A stretch of DNA of 32,000 nt from Pseudoalteromonas tetraodonis (GCF_002310835.1 NZ_CP011041.1:2610001-2642000), one strand, 5' to 3'. Positions 18,691-27,756 are shown, counted from the first letter of the stretch. Made by a program: numbers and translations. The notes: generated from the sequence alone by a model not told the origin.

Positions 18691-18848
18691 AAGCCTAAAA
18701 AGCATAATCAAACTTAAAACTTCGATAACCTAAATTGATACTAGACTCAAAATTAAAACTCTGCAATTTGTCCCTTTTTCATGAATCAAAAGAACACGAT
18801 CTTACTGTTAAATTAAGTCCTGTTCTCGCAGTTCAGCTTATTAGGGTT
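18691..18848. repeat. unit of about 158 bp with 13-bp imperfect terminal inverted repeats (copy 1 of a diverged direct repeat)
   Basis: AAGCCTAAAAAGC (18691-18703) matches the reverse complement of GCTTATTAGGGTT (18836-18848) at 11/13 positions. The unit shares five collinear anchors with 19828-19969. Confidence 0.4.
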
Positions 18849-19827
18849 GCCACACTCTTAGATAAACTAGCCTTGGAGTCTTGTGATGTGCCTGCCACTG
18901 GTGGTTACAGAAACCAACTGACCGACCATTCCAGCGAGTAATTATCCACCACATTCCCTCCAAAAGTGCCTACCATTACTAAGCTGGTATGACACAAATT
19001 CCATAGACCAACGTTGATTTAACACTATTGTCTTAGCGCCTTGCGTTTCTTCACACCCGCCCTCTTCAGTGTCTAGGCGATAGGCTTGCTTTTAGCTCTG
19101 AATCCAGCATTTTCCTTTGAGCAAATCCTGTAACATAAGCTACCCACACAGGGGATATTTAATCGCCAGCGACTGAGCCCAACAAACTTATAAGCCACAC
19201 ATTCAGTGTACCAACAGGCACACCGATTAATTGAAGAACGTTCCACCGCTACCACACCTGATATATCAGTGACGGTACATCCAGATGTCAAAAAAGAATC
19301 GTATGTAAACGACTGTGATCATCTTTATCTATGGTTTTGTGCGTATTTTTATATTCGAAGTCTCTCGGAGCTGATCGGTAATGTTATAATCATAGCCTAG
19401 GCTCGATTTGGTTAAGTCAGTTGCGTTGACGATCAGGACGAGCGAGTCGAGTTACCGACTATTCTAAAAACTCTGTGTTTTACATTTAGTAATGATTAGT
19501 TAGCCAAACGAGTATAAGTAAAGTACTAAGAGAACTTTACAGGCTAATTAAAAATTATTTTAGCCTTTATAAAGTGTTAAATAAAACTGACTAGATATAA
19601 TTAAATTTAAAGTAATTATTTTCGAAAATAGTTCTAAATATGTGTAACCTCTAAGAAAAGTGATGCTTAAAACCATTTCAATTTATTTTTAATCTTGTTT
19701 TAACTCAGCACCATAAAATACCCGCTACCTTACTCGCTTTATGTATTAGAGTTTTTACCCTTAGCAGAACAGTTTAATAGGTGAAAGGGCTCGAAGCTCG
19801 CAAAGACTAAGAGCTATTAATAGACAT

Positions 19828-19969
19828 TAGCCTAAAAAGCCAAAGACGCATAAGCGTATTTTAATCTATCTGATATATAGTCGTTCAAACCTTATCTGAT
19901 AATTCCTCGTTTTTAATTGCTGCCTATACAACTAAGTTCTTACTACTCGTCGACGTTTTAGTTCAGCTT
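19828..19969. repeat. diverged copy 2 of the same unit
   Basis: The anchors are AGCCTAAAAAGC (19829), TGATA..TAG..TC..CAAA (19871), TCC..TTTTT.A..AAT (19904), CTTACT (19939) and AGTTCAGCTT (19960). All are offset by 1130-1138 nt from copy 1. Confidence 0.4.
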
Positions 19970-20830
19970 TGACTCAACGTCTGAGCCCACTTTTTCTTCA
20001 GCAATTAACGGTCGTGAAACTGAACTTACTCTGCTTAGTTACCATTTTGCTTTTGATCCGATTTTTTTATAGCTCATTGATATTAAGGTATTTTTAATCA
20101 GTAGAGCACATTATAAATAATCAAGAATGCTACAGCACAAAAGACAGTATTATATTACTATATCACTTTAAAACTTTTCTGTTAGCTACCACTTTTGCAC
20201 TCTATCTAACGGTCAAATTTCCCAAGAGATATCAACTCCAGTTCAGCTTCTGATTTAATCTGTATTTATGTGACACTCAAATTATTATTAGTCAATACAC
20301 CATTCAAAGGTACTTCCATATCTAACAGCTTTAAGCTTACCTATTTTATGAATATCCATCGCGCTTTGAATCATATTTTACGCTCAAAATAACAATTTTC
20401 ATCATTTCCATGTTAACCATATCACTTACCCCATTCTAAGTTGTTATACAACGCTTCTTAAAAATCGCTCGGTGAGTTAGCAGAAGGTCGAGAAAATATA
20501 GGTGATTACCTTCTTCACGACGAGTAAAATTTGCAGGGCATTTTCTTGGTTGATGAACTGTAGAGCGGCTAGTTAGATCGGTACATCATCACTGACTACG
20601 TACGGCGACCAAAGGGCCAGCGTCTTATTTTGTCGATTTGATCGACCGAACCATCATAAACTCGCCCTACCATCTTCAACCTATTTTGGAATACCTCCAT
20701 TTTGTCAGCAATGATTTTCATCTTCAGGCAGTGCCCAGTGTTACGCAGCCACAGCCCTAAAAATAGAAGCCAGCACTACAACGAAAACTAATATCTCCGC
20801 AAGGTTTTTTAGGAAAGTAAAAATTCATTA

Positions 20831-20867
20831 AAAAGGCCAGTCAGAAATACTGACTGGCCTTTTTTTA
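20831..20867 (-). terminator. rho-independent terminator downstream of guaA (bidirectional hairpin)
   Basis: AAAAGGCCAGTCAG-aaata-CTGACTGGCCTTTTTTT has a 10-bp perfect GC-rich stem. It lies 36 nt after the guaA stop. The U-run is T4 on the guaA strand and T7 on the plus strand. Confidence 0.85.
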
Positions 20868-20903
20868 TCTAACAGAAACTAGATTAGGTTTTTACAACCA
20901 AGT

Positions 20904-22481
20904 CTATTCCCACTCGATAGTGGCAGGTGGTTTTCCTGAAATATCGTAAACAACGCGTGAGATACCGTCGATTTCGTTAATGATACGGTTAGAAACCACA
21001 CCTAAAAACTCATACGGTAAATGTGACCAACGTGCAGTCATAAAGTCGATGGTTTCAACACAACGAAGTGAAACAACCCAATCATACTTACGTGCATCAC
21101 CCATAACCCCTACCGACTTAACCGGTAAGAATACAGTAAACGCTTGGCTTACTTTATGGTAAAGCTCTGCTTTGTGAAGCTCTTCAATGAAGATAGCATC
21201 TGCGCGGCGAAGTAAATCACAGTACTCTTTTTTGATTTCGCCAAGTACACGCACACCTAAACCTGGCCCTGGGAATGGGTGACGGTAAAGCATATCGTAC
21301 GGTAAACCTAGCTCTAAACCAATTTTACGTACTTCATCTTTAAATAACTCACGTAATGGCTCTACTAAGCCCATTTGCATGTCATCTGGTAAGCCGCCCA
21401 CATTATGGTGCGATTTAATCACGTGTGCTTTACCAGTCGCTGATGCCGCTGATTCGATTACGTCAGGGTAAATTGTACCTTGACCTAACCATTTCGCGTT
21501 TTTAAGCTTTTTAGCTTGCTCATCAAATACATTAATAAACGTGTGGCCAATAGCTTTACGCTTATCTTCTGGGTCTGATTTACCTGCCAAGTCATTTAAA
21601 AATTGATCTTCGGCATCTACTTTAACTATGTTTAAGCCAAACTTATTGCCAAACATATCCATAACTTGCTGGCCTTCGTTTAAACGAAGTAAACCGTTAT
21701 CAACAAATACACAGGTTAGGCGCTCACCAATAGCACGGTGAATAAGCATAGCCACAACCGATGAATCTACACCGCCTGATAAGCCTAAAATAACTTCGTC
21801 GTCACCTACAGTTTCTTTGATACGCTCAATGGCGTCATCAATTATTTTTGCTGGCGTCCATAATTTTTCACAACCACAAATATCAATAGCAAAACGCTCT
21901 AGTAAACGTTGACCTTGATGTGTGTGCGTTACTTCTGGGTGAAATTGTACACCGTAAAAGCGCTTTTCTTCGTTAGACATTGCAGCATGCGGGCAAGTAG
22001 ATGTTTTAGCAGTGGTTTTAAACGTATCTGGAATTTCCATTACTTTATCACCGTGACTCATCCACACATCTAGTACGCCATTGCCGCCATCAGTAATATG
22101 ATCTTCAATGGCATCAAATAATGCACAGTTACCCACTTTTTCAACTTGTGCGTAACCAAATTCTTTTTTATCTGAGCTATGTACACGGCCGCCAAGCTGC
22201 GTTGCCATAGTTTGCATGCCGTAACAAATACCAAGTACTGGAACGCCTGCATTAAATACATACTCAGGAGCACGCGGGCTATTTTCAAGCGTGGTTGATT
22301 CTGGGCCACCAGAAAGGATAATACCTTGTGGGTTAAACTCGCGAATTTGCTCTTCGGTTACATCCCAAGCCCAAAGCTCACAATAAACACCAATTTCGCG
22401 CACGCGACGGGCGATTAACTGCGTGTATTGTGAACCAAAATCTAAAATGAGGATTCGTGAATCGTGAATGTCTTTGCTCAT
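20904..22481 (-). CDS. guaA: GMP synthase (glutamine-hydrolysing)
   Basis: This 525-aa ORF has an N-terminal GATase region ([27 protein letters not shown]), an ATP-PPase SGGVDSS motif and the C-terminal PPATIEWE. Confidence 0.97.
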   Translation of the reverse strand: MSKDIHDSRILILDFGSQYTQLIARRVREIGVYCELWAWDVTEEQIREFNPQGIILSGGPESTTLENSPRAPEYVFNAGVPVLGICYGMQTMATQLGGRVHSSDKKEFGYAQVEKVGNCALFDAIEDHITDGGNGVLDVWMSHGDKVMEIPDTFKTTAKTSTCPHAAMSNEEKRFYGVQFHPEVTHTHQGQRLLERFAIDICGCEKLWTPAKIIDDAIERIKETVGDDEVILGLSGGVDSSVVAMLIHRAIGERLTCVFVDNGLLRLNEGQQVMDMFGNKFGLNIVKVDAEDQFLNDLAGKSDPEDKRKAIGHTFINVFDEQAKKLKNAKWLGQGTIYPDVIESAASATGKAHVIKSHHNVGGLPDDMQMGLVEPLRELFKDEVRKIGLELGLPYDMLYRHPFPGPGLGVRVLGEIKKEYCDLLRRADAIFIEELHKAELYHKVSQAFTVFLPVKSVGVMGDARKYDWVVSLRCVETIDFMTARWSHLPYEFLGVVSNRIINEIDGISRVVYDISGKPPATIEWE

Positions 22482-22540
22482 GAAGTATCTCGTAAAGTCA
22501 GGTGCTAAACGCCACCAGCTTAAGCTGTGTGACTATATTA

Positions 22541-22568
22541 GGGCTAACAAAGGTTAGCCCACTTTTTT
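22541..22568 (+). terminator. terminator-like hairpin in the guaB-guaA spacer, canonical only on the plus strand
   Basis: GGGCTAAC-aaag-GTTAGCCC is followed by acTTTTTT on the plus strand. On the gua (minus) strand the A-run precedes the stem and only TAATATAG follows it. Confidence 0.4.
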
Positions 22569-22586
22569 CAAGTTGTTAAAGGCTGA

Positions 22587-24056
22587 TTAGCCTAAACGGT
22601 AGTTCGGTGCTTCTTTAGTGATTTGCACATCATGAACATGCGACTCACCCATACCAGCAGAAGTTACACGTACAAACTGTGGTTTAGTGTTTAGCTCTTC
22701 GATTGTGGCACAACCGGTTAAGCCCATTGCACTGCGAAGACCACCCACTTGTTGGTGAATAATGGTTGCAATTGGCCCTTTATAAGCAACACGACCTTCA
22801 ATACCTTCTGGTACTAACTTGTCAGCTTGGTTTGATTTTTGGAAGTAGCGATCCGATGACCCTTCTTTTTGATCCATCGCACCTAGGCTACCCATACCAC
22901 GGTAAGACTTGTAGTAACGACCTTGATAAAGTTCAACTTCACCTGGTGCTTCTTCAGTACCCGCGAGCATAGAGCCAACCATTACACACGATGCACCCGC
23001 AACCAATGCTTTTACAATATCACCAGAAAAACGAATACCGCCATCGGCAATCACTGGAATATCGCGACCTTTAAGGCCTTCAACCGCATCTGAAATGGCT
23101 GTTATTTGTGGTACACCACAACCAGTAACAATACGTGTAGTACAAATAGAACCTGGGCCGATACCTACTTTAACAGCATCAACACCAGCATCTGCAAGGG
23201 CAATAGCACCTTCGGCTGTCGCTACGTTACCCGCAACAATTTGTAAGTCTGGGTAAGCTTGACGAGTCGCTGCAACACGGTCAATAACACCTTGTGAGTG
23301 ACCATGAGAAGTATCGATTAGTAGTACATCAACACCGGCTTCAACTAATGCAGCAATTCGCTCATCAGTGCCTGCGCCAACGCCTACCGCAGCACCTACA
23401 CGTAAACGGCCTTGCTCGTCTTTACATGCATCTGGTTTGTCTTGTGCTTTTTGGTAATCTTTTACGGTGATCATGCCTTTAAGTTTAAACGCATCATCAA
23501 CCACAAGAATCTTCTCAATGCGGTGTTCGTGCATTAAGCTTAAGATATCTTCGCGAGCCGTTCCCTCTTTAACCGTTACTAGGTTTTCTTTTTTCGTCAT
23601 CACTGTTGAAACCGGCTGTTCAAGCTTAGTTTCAAAGCGCATATCACGACTAGTTACAATACCTACAAGGTTATTTTCGCTATCGGTGACCGGAAAACCT
23701 GAGAATCCCTTTTCCTGAGACAATTCAACAGCATCTGCAATAGTCAGATCGGCAGTAACTGTAACAGGGTATGAAACAATACCTGCTTCATAGGTTTTAA
23801 CTTTACGAACATTTTTCGCTTGTTCTGCAATGGTCATGTTTTTATGAATAAAACCAAGACCACCTTCCTGCGCGAGGGCAATAGCTAAACGAGCTTCTGT
23901 AACAGTATCCATAGATGCTGAAATGAGCGGCAAGTTAAGTTTGATACCACGCGTTAAGCGAGTTGAAATATTTGCCGTATGTGGCAAAACAGTAGAATGA
24001 CCAGGTACTAAAAGTACGTCATCAAAGGTAAGAGCTTCTTTAGCGATTCTAAGCAT
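22587..24056 (-). CDS. guaB: IMP dehydrogenase
   Basis: This 489-aa ORF begins [21 protein letters not shown]. It has a CBS pair region, the catalytic loop [11 protein letters not shown] and the motif GGIRFSGD. Confidence 0.97.
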   Translation of the reverse strand: MLRIAKEALTFDDVLLVPGHSTVLPHTANISTRLTRGIKLNLPLISASMDTVTEARLAIALAQEGGLGFIHKNMTIAEQAKNVRKVKTYEAGIVSYPVTVTADLTIADAVELSQEKGFSGFPVTDSENNLVGIVTSRDMRFETKLEQPVSTVMTKKENLVTVKEGTAREDILSLMHEHRIEKILVVDDAFKLKGMITVKDYQKAQDKPDACKDEQGRLRVGAAVGVGAGTDERIAALVEAGVDVLLIDTSHGHSQGVIDRVAATRQAYPDLQIVAGNVATAEGAIALADAGVDAVKVGIGPGSICTTRIVTGCGVPQITAISDAVEGLKGRDIPVIADGGIRFSGDIVKALVAGASCVMVGSMLAGTEEAPGEVELYQGRYYKSYRGMGSLGAMDQKEGSSDRYFQKSNQADKLVPEGIEGRVAYKGPIATIIHQQVGGLRSAMGLTGCATIEELNTKPQFVRVTSAGMGESHVHDVQITKEAPNYRLG

Positions 24057-24190
24057 TTTGGCAACTTCTCACATGTGGATCTAAGATAAGGAATTGCGGC
24101 CAAATTTTAACAGCGTTGTAGGCACTAGTAAATAATATTTTGTATTTATTTATGATAAGCTAGATTTATAAATGTTTTTTGGTAGTTTTT

Positions 24191-25525
24191 ATGTTTTCTA
24201 AGCCCTCGCAAACGGTTTATACCGTATCTCGCCTTAATCGTGAAATACGTGCCTTACTTGAACAAGGTTTTGCGTCTTTAGTACTCACTGGTGAAATTTC
24301 TAACTTTATTGCGCCTGCTTCTGGGCATTGGTATTTTTCGTTAAAAGACGATAAAGCGCAAATTAAAGCCGCCATGTGGCGAGGCAATAATCGCAACCAA
24401 AGTTACCGACCAATTAACGGCGCACAAGTAACCGTTAAAGCACGTGTATCTTTGTACGAACCCCGTGGTGACTACCAGCTTATTGTTGAACATATGGAAC
24501 CTGCCGGCGAAGGGCAACTTAAGCAAGAGTTTGACGCGCTAAAAATGCGTTTGGCTGCAGAGGGCTTATTTAGCTCCGCTTATAAAAAGCCCCTGCCCCA
24601 AAACATAAATCGCATAGGGGTGATCACCTCACCTACAGGCGCCGCAATCAAAGATATTTTAACTGTTTTAAAGCGTCGTGCGCCGCAATTAGAAGTGGTT
24701 ATTTACCCTGCGATGGTGCAAGGCAAAGAAGCGCATGGCCATTTAATCAAGCAAATAGAGCTGGCAAATTTACGTAATGAAGTCGACGTTATCATTCTCG
24801 GACGCGGTGGTGGTTCATTAGAAGATTTATGGTGCTTTAACCATGAACAACTTGCTCGTGCTATTTATCAAAGCTCGCTGCCCATTGTGAGCGCTGTTGG
24901 CCATGAAATAGATACCACAATTAGCGATTATGTCGCTGATGTTCGCGCCGCAACCCCTTCTGCAGCCGCAGAGCTCGTAAGCCCCAATACACAAGAGCTA
25001 CATAATAGGGTTAATCAGTTAATTAATCGTTTAGCGAATGCATTTAAACACGACATTGCCGATAAACGCGCACTAGCCATACAATTGCAGCATCGCCTTA
25101 ATTTATGCCACCCGCGCAATCAGCTAAACCAAAAATCACAACGCTTAGATGAGTTGAGTATTGCACTGCAACAGGCAATGCGTCAGCGTTTATATCAACA
25201 AGAACGCGTGTTAGCTAATTTAACACCCAGACTAATGCGCCAATCACCAGATAAAAAGCTAGCAAATGCAAACCATCAGTTAGCACAGCTCCATGCAAGG
25301 CTAAATCAAGCGATGCAGCAGCAACTACAACACGCAAATAATACGCTTGCCTTACAAGCAAGTCGGCTTGATTCGGTCAGCCCCCTTAATGTCCTAGCAC
25401 GTGGTTATAGCATTACTAAAGCAGCGCAAAATAAAGTGGTTAAATCAGTGGAAGATGTAAAAGTGGGTGATGTGTTGATCACTGAGTTAGTAGATGGCCA
25501 GGTTATTTCAAAGGTAGAAGCTTAG
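24191..25525 (+). CDS. xseA: exodeoxyribonuclease VII large subunit
   Basis: The ORF begins MFSKPSQTVYTVSRLNREIRALLEQGF...GEISNF....SGHWYFSLKD (OB fold) and contains GRGGGSLEDLW. It is divergent from guaB, as in E. coli. ATG 24191 is preferred over the TTG 24179 given in the track. Confidence 0.92.
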   Translation: MFSKPSQTVYTVSRLNREIRALLEQGFASLVLTGEISNFIAPASGHWYFSLKDDKAQIKAAMWRGNNRNQSYRPINGAQVTVKARVSLYEPRGDYQLIVEHMEPAGEGQLKQEFDALKMRLAAEGLFSSAYKKPLPQNINRIGVITSPTGAAIKDILTVLKRRAPQLEVVIYPAMVQGKEAHGHLIKQIELANLRNEVDVIILGRGGGSLEDLWCFNHEQLARAIYQSSLPIVSAVGHEIDTTISDYVADVRAATPSAAAELVSPNTQELHNRVNQLINRLANAFKHDIADKRALAIQLQHRLNLCHPRNQLNQKSQRLDELSIALQQAMRQRLYQQERVLANLTPRLMRQSPDKKLANANHQLAQLHARLNQAMQQQLQHANNTLALQASRLDSVSPLNVLARGYSITKAAQNKVVKSVEDVKVGDVLITELVDGQVISKVEA

Positions 25526-25540
25526 CCATATTGCTAAGCG

Positions 25541-26185
25541 CTAGCCTTGCGTACTTACGGTAAACTCAATACGGGCATCGTTAGATTGAGATGCACTGAG
25601 TTTAAATTGCTGCCACCAAGGTTCAAGGTGAAGCTTATCGTTAAGCTCGCGCCATAATTTAGCTCCATAATTAACGGCATGTTGATTTATGGTAAGCTCA
25701 AACTTACAAATTGTTTGCTTACACTTTAGCGCTGTAAGCTCAGCGCTATCTGCAAACTCATTAATAATTAAAAAGTCAGTTAACGCGACTTCAAGCTCGT
25801 AACTCCATTCGAGATTATCAGCCTCTTGCTCAAACTGTATTGCGAGCTCATCATCAAGCTCTACACTTTCTAATTGATTTAACTTTAGCTGTTGTTGAGA
25901 TTGCTTAAGCTGGATTGATTTTTTTTCAAGCCGCTGATTAAGCTCAACCACATGTTGTGCTAGCTGAGTTTGTTGATCAGCCGCTTGGGCTTTATTAACC
26001 TGCACTAAGCCTTGCAAAGTAGTTGGCTGATTATTGACTTGAGTGTTAGCCGAAGAGATTACAGCTTGTTTGGGCGCTGAGGAAACACGAGTGGAATCTT
26101 TAAAAAACAAAAAGTAACCACTTGCTAACGCCACGCCTGAAGAAAAACAGAGCAGCATAGCCACAAGGTTACTTTTATATATCAT
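25541..26185 (-). CDS. hypothetical membrane-anchored coiled-coil protein
   Basis: The ORF is trimmed to ATG 26185 (MIYKSNLVAMLLCFSSGVALASGYFLFF), which removes the 82-nt overlap with cysE. It has an N-terminal TM, a Q-rich coiled-coil segment and a C-terminal globular part. I recognise no family. Confidence 0.6.
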   Translation of the reverse strand: MIYKSNLVAMLLCFSSGVALASGYFLFFKDSTRVSSAPKQAVISSANTQVNNQPTTLQGLVQVNKAQAADQQTQLAQHVVELNQRLEKKSIQLKQSQQQLKLNQLESVELDDELAIQFEQEADNLEWSYELEVALTDFLIINEFADSAELTALKCKQTICKFELTINQHAVNYGAKLWRELNDKLHLEPWWQQFKLSASQSNDARIEFTVSTQG

Positions 26186-26202
26186 TTCTAGGTACTCAAA
26201 AA

Positions 26203-27021
26203 TTAAAGCATTGCACTGGTGTGCGATTCGTTTTCTGGCTCGGGATATTCTAAAAAGTTTTGGTTCATACTTTCTGCCGGGCACTCACAATCAGGGCGAC
26301 CAATAATTTTTGCAGGTACGCCAACAGCAGTTGTGTGAGGCGGCACAGGGCTTAATACCACTGAACCTGCGCCAATACGTGCGCCCTCGCCCACTTCAAT
26401 GTTACCCAGTACTTTAGCGCCCGCGCCAATAAGTACGCCCGCTCTGATTTTAGGGTGGCGATCGCCTTGCTCGTTACCCGTACCACCTAATGTAACCGAT
26501 TGTAATATAGATACATTATCTTCAATTACGGCGGTTTCACCTATAACAATACCGGTGGCATGGTCAAACATAATGCCTTGGCCTACTTTACAGGCAGGGT
26601 GAATATCAACCCCAAACACCTCTGAGGTACGGCTTTGAATAAAGCGCGCAAGCTCTTTACGATTTTGTTGCCATAAGCAGTTTGCTAAACGGTGTGCTTG
26701 TATGGCGTGAAACCCTTTTAAATTTAAAATCACGGTAAGGTAGGTTTCGGCCGCAGGGTCACGATCTTTTACCGCTTTAATATCATGAGCAACATGTGTC
26801 AGCATACGGTCACACTTTACAAAAGCTTGGTCAAACAGCTCACGGATTGTAAAAGCAGAAACCACAGCATCAGCTAGTTTATTAGCAACAATAAAACTCA
26901 ATGCCGACCCTAAGCACTCATGATTTAAAATACACGAATACACATGGCTCGCTAAAAGGGGTTCACGAGTTACTACTTCATTTGCTTCACTACGAAGCTG
27001 TTGCCAAATTTCATGACGCAT
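26203..27021 (-). CDS. cysE: serine O-acetyltransferase
   Basis: This 272-aa ORF has an N-terminal SATase helical domain and left-handed beta-helix hexapeptide repeats (GIVIGETAVIEDNVSILQSVTLGGTG...IRAGVLIGAGAKVLGNIEVGEGARIGAGSVV). Confidence 0.92.
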   Translation of the reverse strand: MRHEIWQQLRSEANEVVTREPLLASHVYSCILNHECLGSALSFIVANKLADAVVSAFTIRELFDQAFVKCDRMLTHVAHDIKAVKDRDPAAETYLTVILNLKGFHAIQAHRLANCLWQQNRKELARFIQSRTSEVFGVDIHPACKVGQGIMFDHATGIVIGETAVIEDNVSILQSVTLGGTGNEQGDRHPKIRAGVLIGAGAKVLGNIEVGEGARIGAGSVVLSPVPPHTTAVGVPAKIIGRPDCECPAESMNQNFLEYPEPENESHTSAML

Positions 27022-27162
27022 AATACTGCCTTAAGTTATTACAAAGAGCCTACCGCCAATTCTAACGGATTTAGCCGCCTAGGTGTTAATCCCTTCGTTA
27101 TTTGTTCTGGTTATTATATATAACCAGTTAAGTTTCAGGTTTATATTACTTTTTTCAAGTCA

Positions 27163-27174
27163 TGTCATATGACA
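27163..27174. promoter_or_regulatory. perfect 12-bp palindrome TGTCATATGACA (candidate operator)
   Basis: Read directly from the sequence. It lies in the 326-bp cysE / small-ORF divergent spacer. It shares the 11-mer CATATGACAGC with 27238-27248. Confidence 0.35.
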
Positions 27175-27237
27175 GCTAGGCAGGTTTAACCATTTGTGCA
27201 AAAATAAAATAAGTTAATAAAAATCAGTAAATAACAA

Positions 27238-27262
27238 CATATGACAGCACGTGTGTCATGTG
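27238..27262. promoter_or_regulatory. inverted repeat CATATGACA-gcacgtg-TGTCATGTG (candidate operator)
   Basis: The arms match at 8/9 positions around a CACGTG core, 86 nt upstream of the 27348 ATG. Confidence 0.35.
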
Positions 27263-27347
27263 CCAAAATAGCCACTGGCGTACTGCTGACGGCGTAAAAA
27301 ATAATAATAAACGCTAAATTAGCATCATCAACTCAACATGGATAACG

Positions 27348-27755
27348 ATGATGAAAAACGACATATTAAATACAAAAAAATTAGGCTATAAATTTTACTT
27401 TCAAGATGGCGATAACCAAATAGCCTGTTTTGGAAGCTACTTTACAGGTAAAGAAGAAGTCTATATTAACGATGACTTAGTTAGCAGTAGACGCAGTGTT
27501 AATATAAAAAGCTCACACACATTTGATTTTGAAAATTCGCAGTACCAAGTGAAATTTGACATGCTCAATATACTCACAGGACGACTTGAGTGCACTCTAT
27601 ACAAAGATCAAGAAGTGCTTGCCAAGCAAGTTCAAAGTAGTCTTCCTAGCGATCCTAAAAAAGCGGCTTTTTTTATTCTAGGCTGTGCATTAGGTGGTGC
27701 AGTATTTGGCTATACCACTGCAACAGTCGTAGAGCTAATTGTAGGAAAACTTTAA
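27348..27755 (+). CDS. hypothetical tail-anchored small protein
   Basis: This 135-aa ORF has a soluble N-terminal part and a C-terminal TM (AAFFILGCALGGAVFGYTTATVVELIV). Its stop is 1 nt before the next ATG, so translational coupling is likely. Confidence 0.55.
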   Translation: MMKNDILNTKKLGYKFYFQDGDNQIACFGSYFTGKEEVYINDDLVSSRRSVNIKSSHTFDFENSQYQVKFDMLNILTGRLECTLYKDQEVLAKQVQSSLPSDPKKAAFFILGCALGGAVFGYTTATVVELIVGKL

Positions 27756-27756
27756 C

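Noticed and set aside
18942-18950. DnaA-box-like TTATCCACC
   Set aside because: It is a single 8/9 match with no cluster of boxes and no adjacent AT-rich 13-mers in an oriC-like arrangement.
19036-19046. ACGCAAGGCGC on the minus strand upstream of the giant gene, reminiscent of the ACGCAAAGC core of c-di-GMP-I (GEMM-I) riboswitches that often precede large surface-protein genes
   Set aside because: The other conserved elements (GGCAAACC, the GNRA tetraloop/receptor hairpins) are not found around it. A covariance-model scan would be needed to revisit this.
19354-19368. TTCGAAGTCTCTCGG resembles the 3' end of tRNA-Trp (TTCGAATCTCTCCGC) and might be an att remnant
   Set aside because: The match is short and gapped. 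It is in the opposite orientation to the tRNA gene at 10774-10850, so it cannot be the direct-repeat partner of an integration event.
18735-19400. Track ORFs 18735..18941 (+), 19073..19291 (-) and 19206..19400 (+)
   Set aside because: The two start codons I checked (the 68-aa and 72-aa ORFs) are TTG. I saw no Shine-Dalgarno for any of the three. Two of them overlap on opposite strands, their composition is odd (for example Cys/Arg-rich) and they have no motifs. They are more likely chance frames in decayed DNA.
20596-20721. 41-aa minus-strand ORF MKIIADKMEVFQNRLKMVGRVYDGSVDQIDKIRRWPFGRRT with a faint YoeB/RelE-like N-terminal look
   Set aside because: The resemblance rests on a few residues. 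The downstream frames do not continue any toxin-like sequence, there is no antitoxin partner and the RBS is weak. It is kept only as part of the ORF-desert finding.
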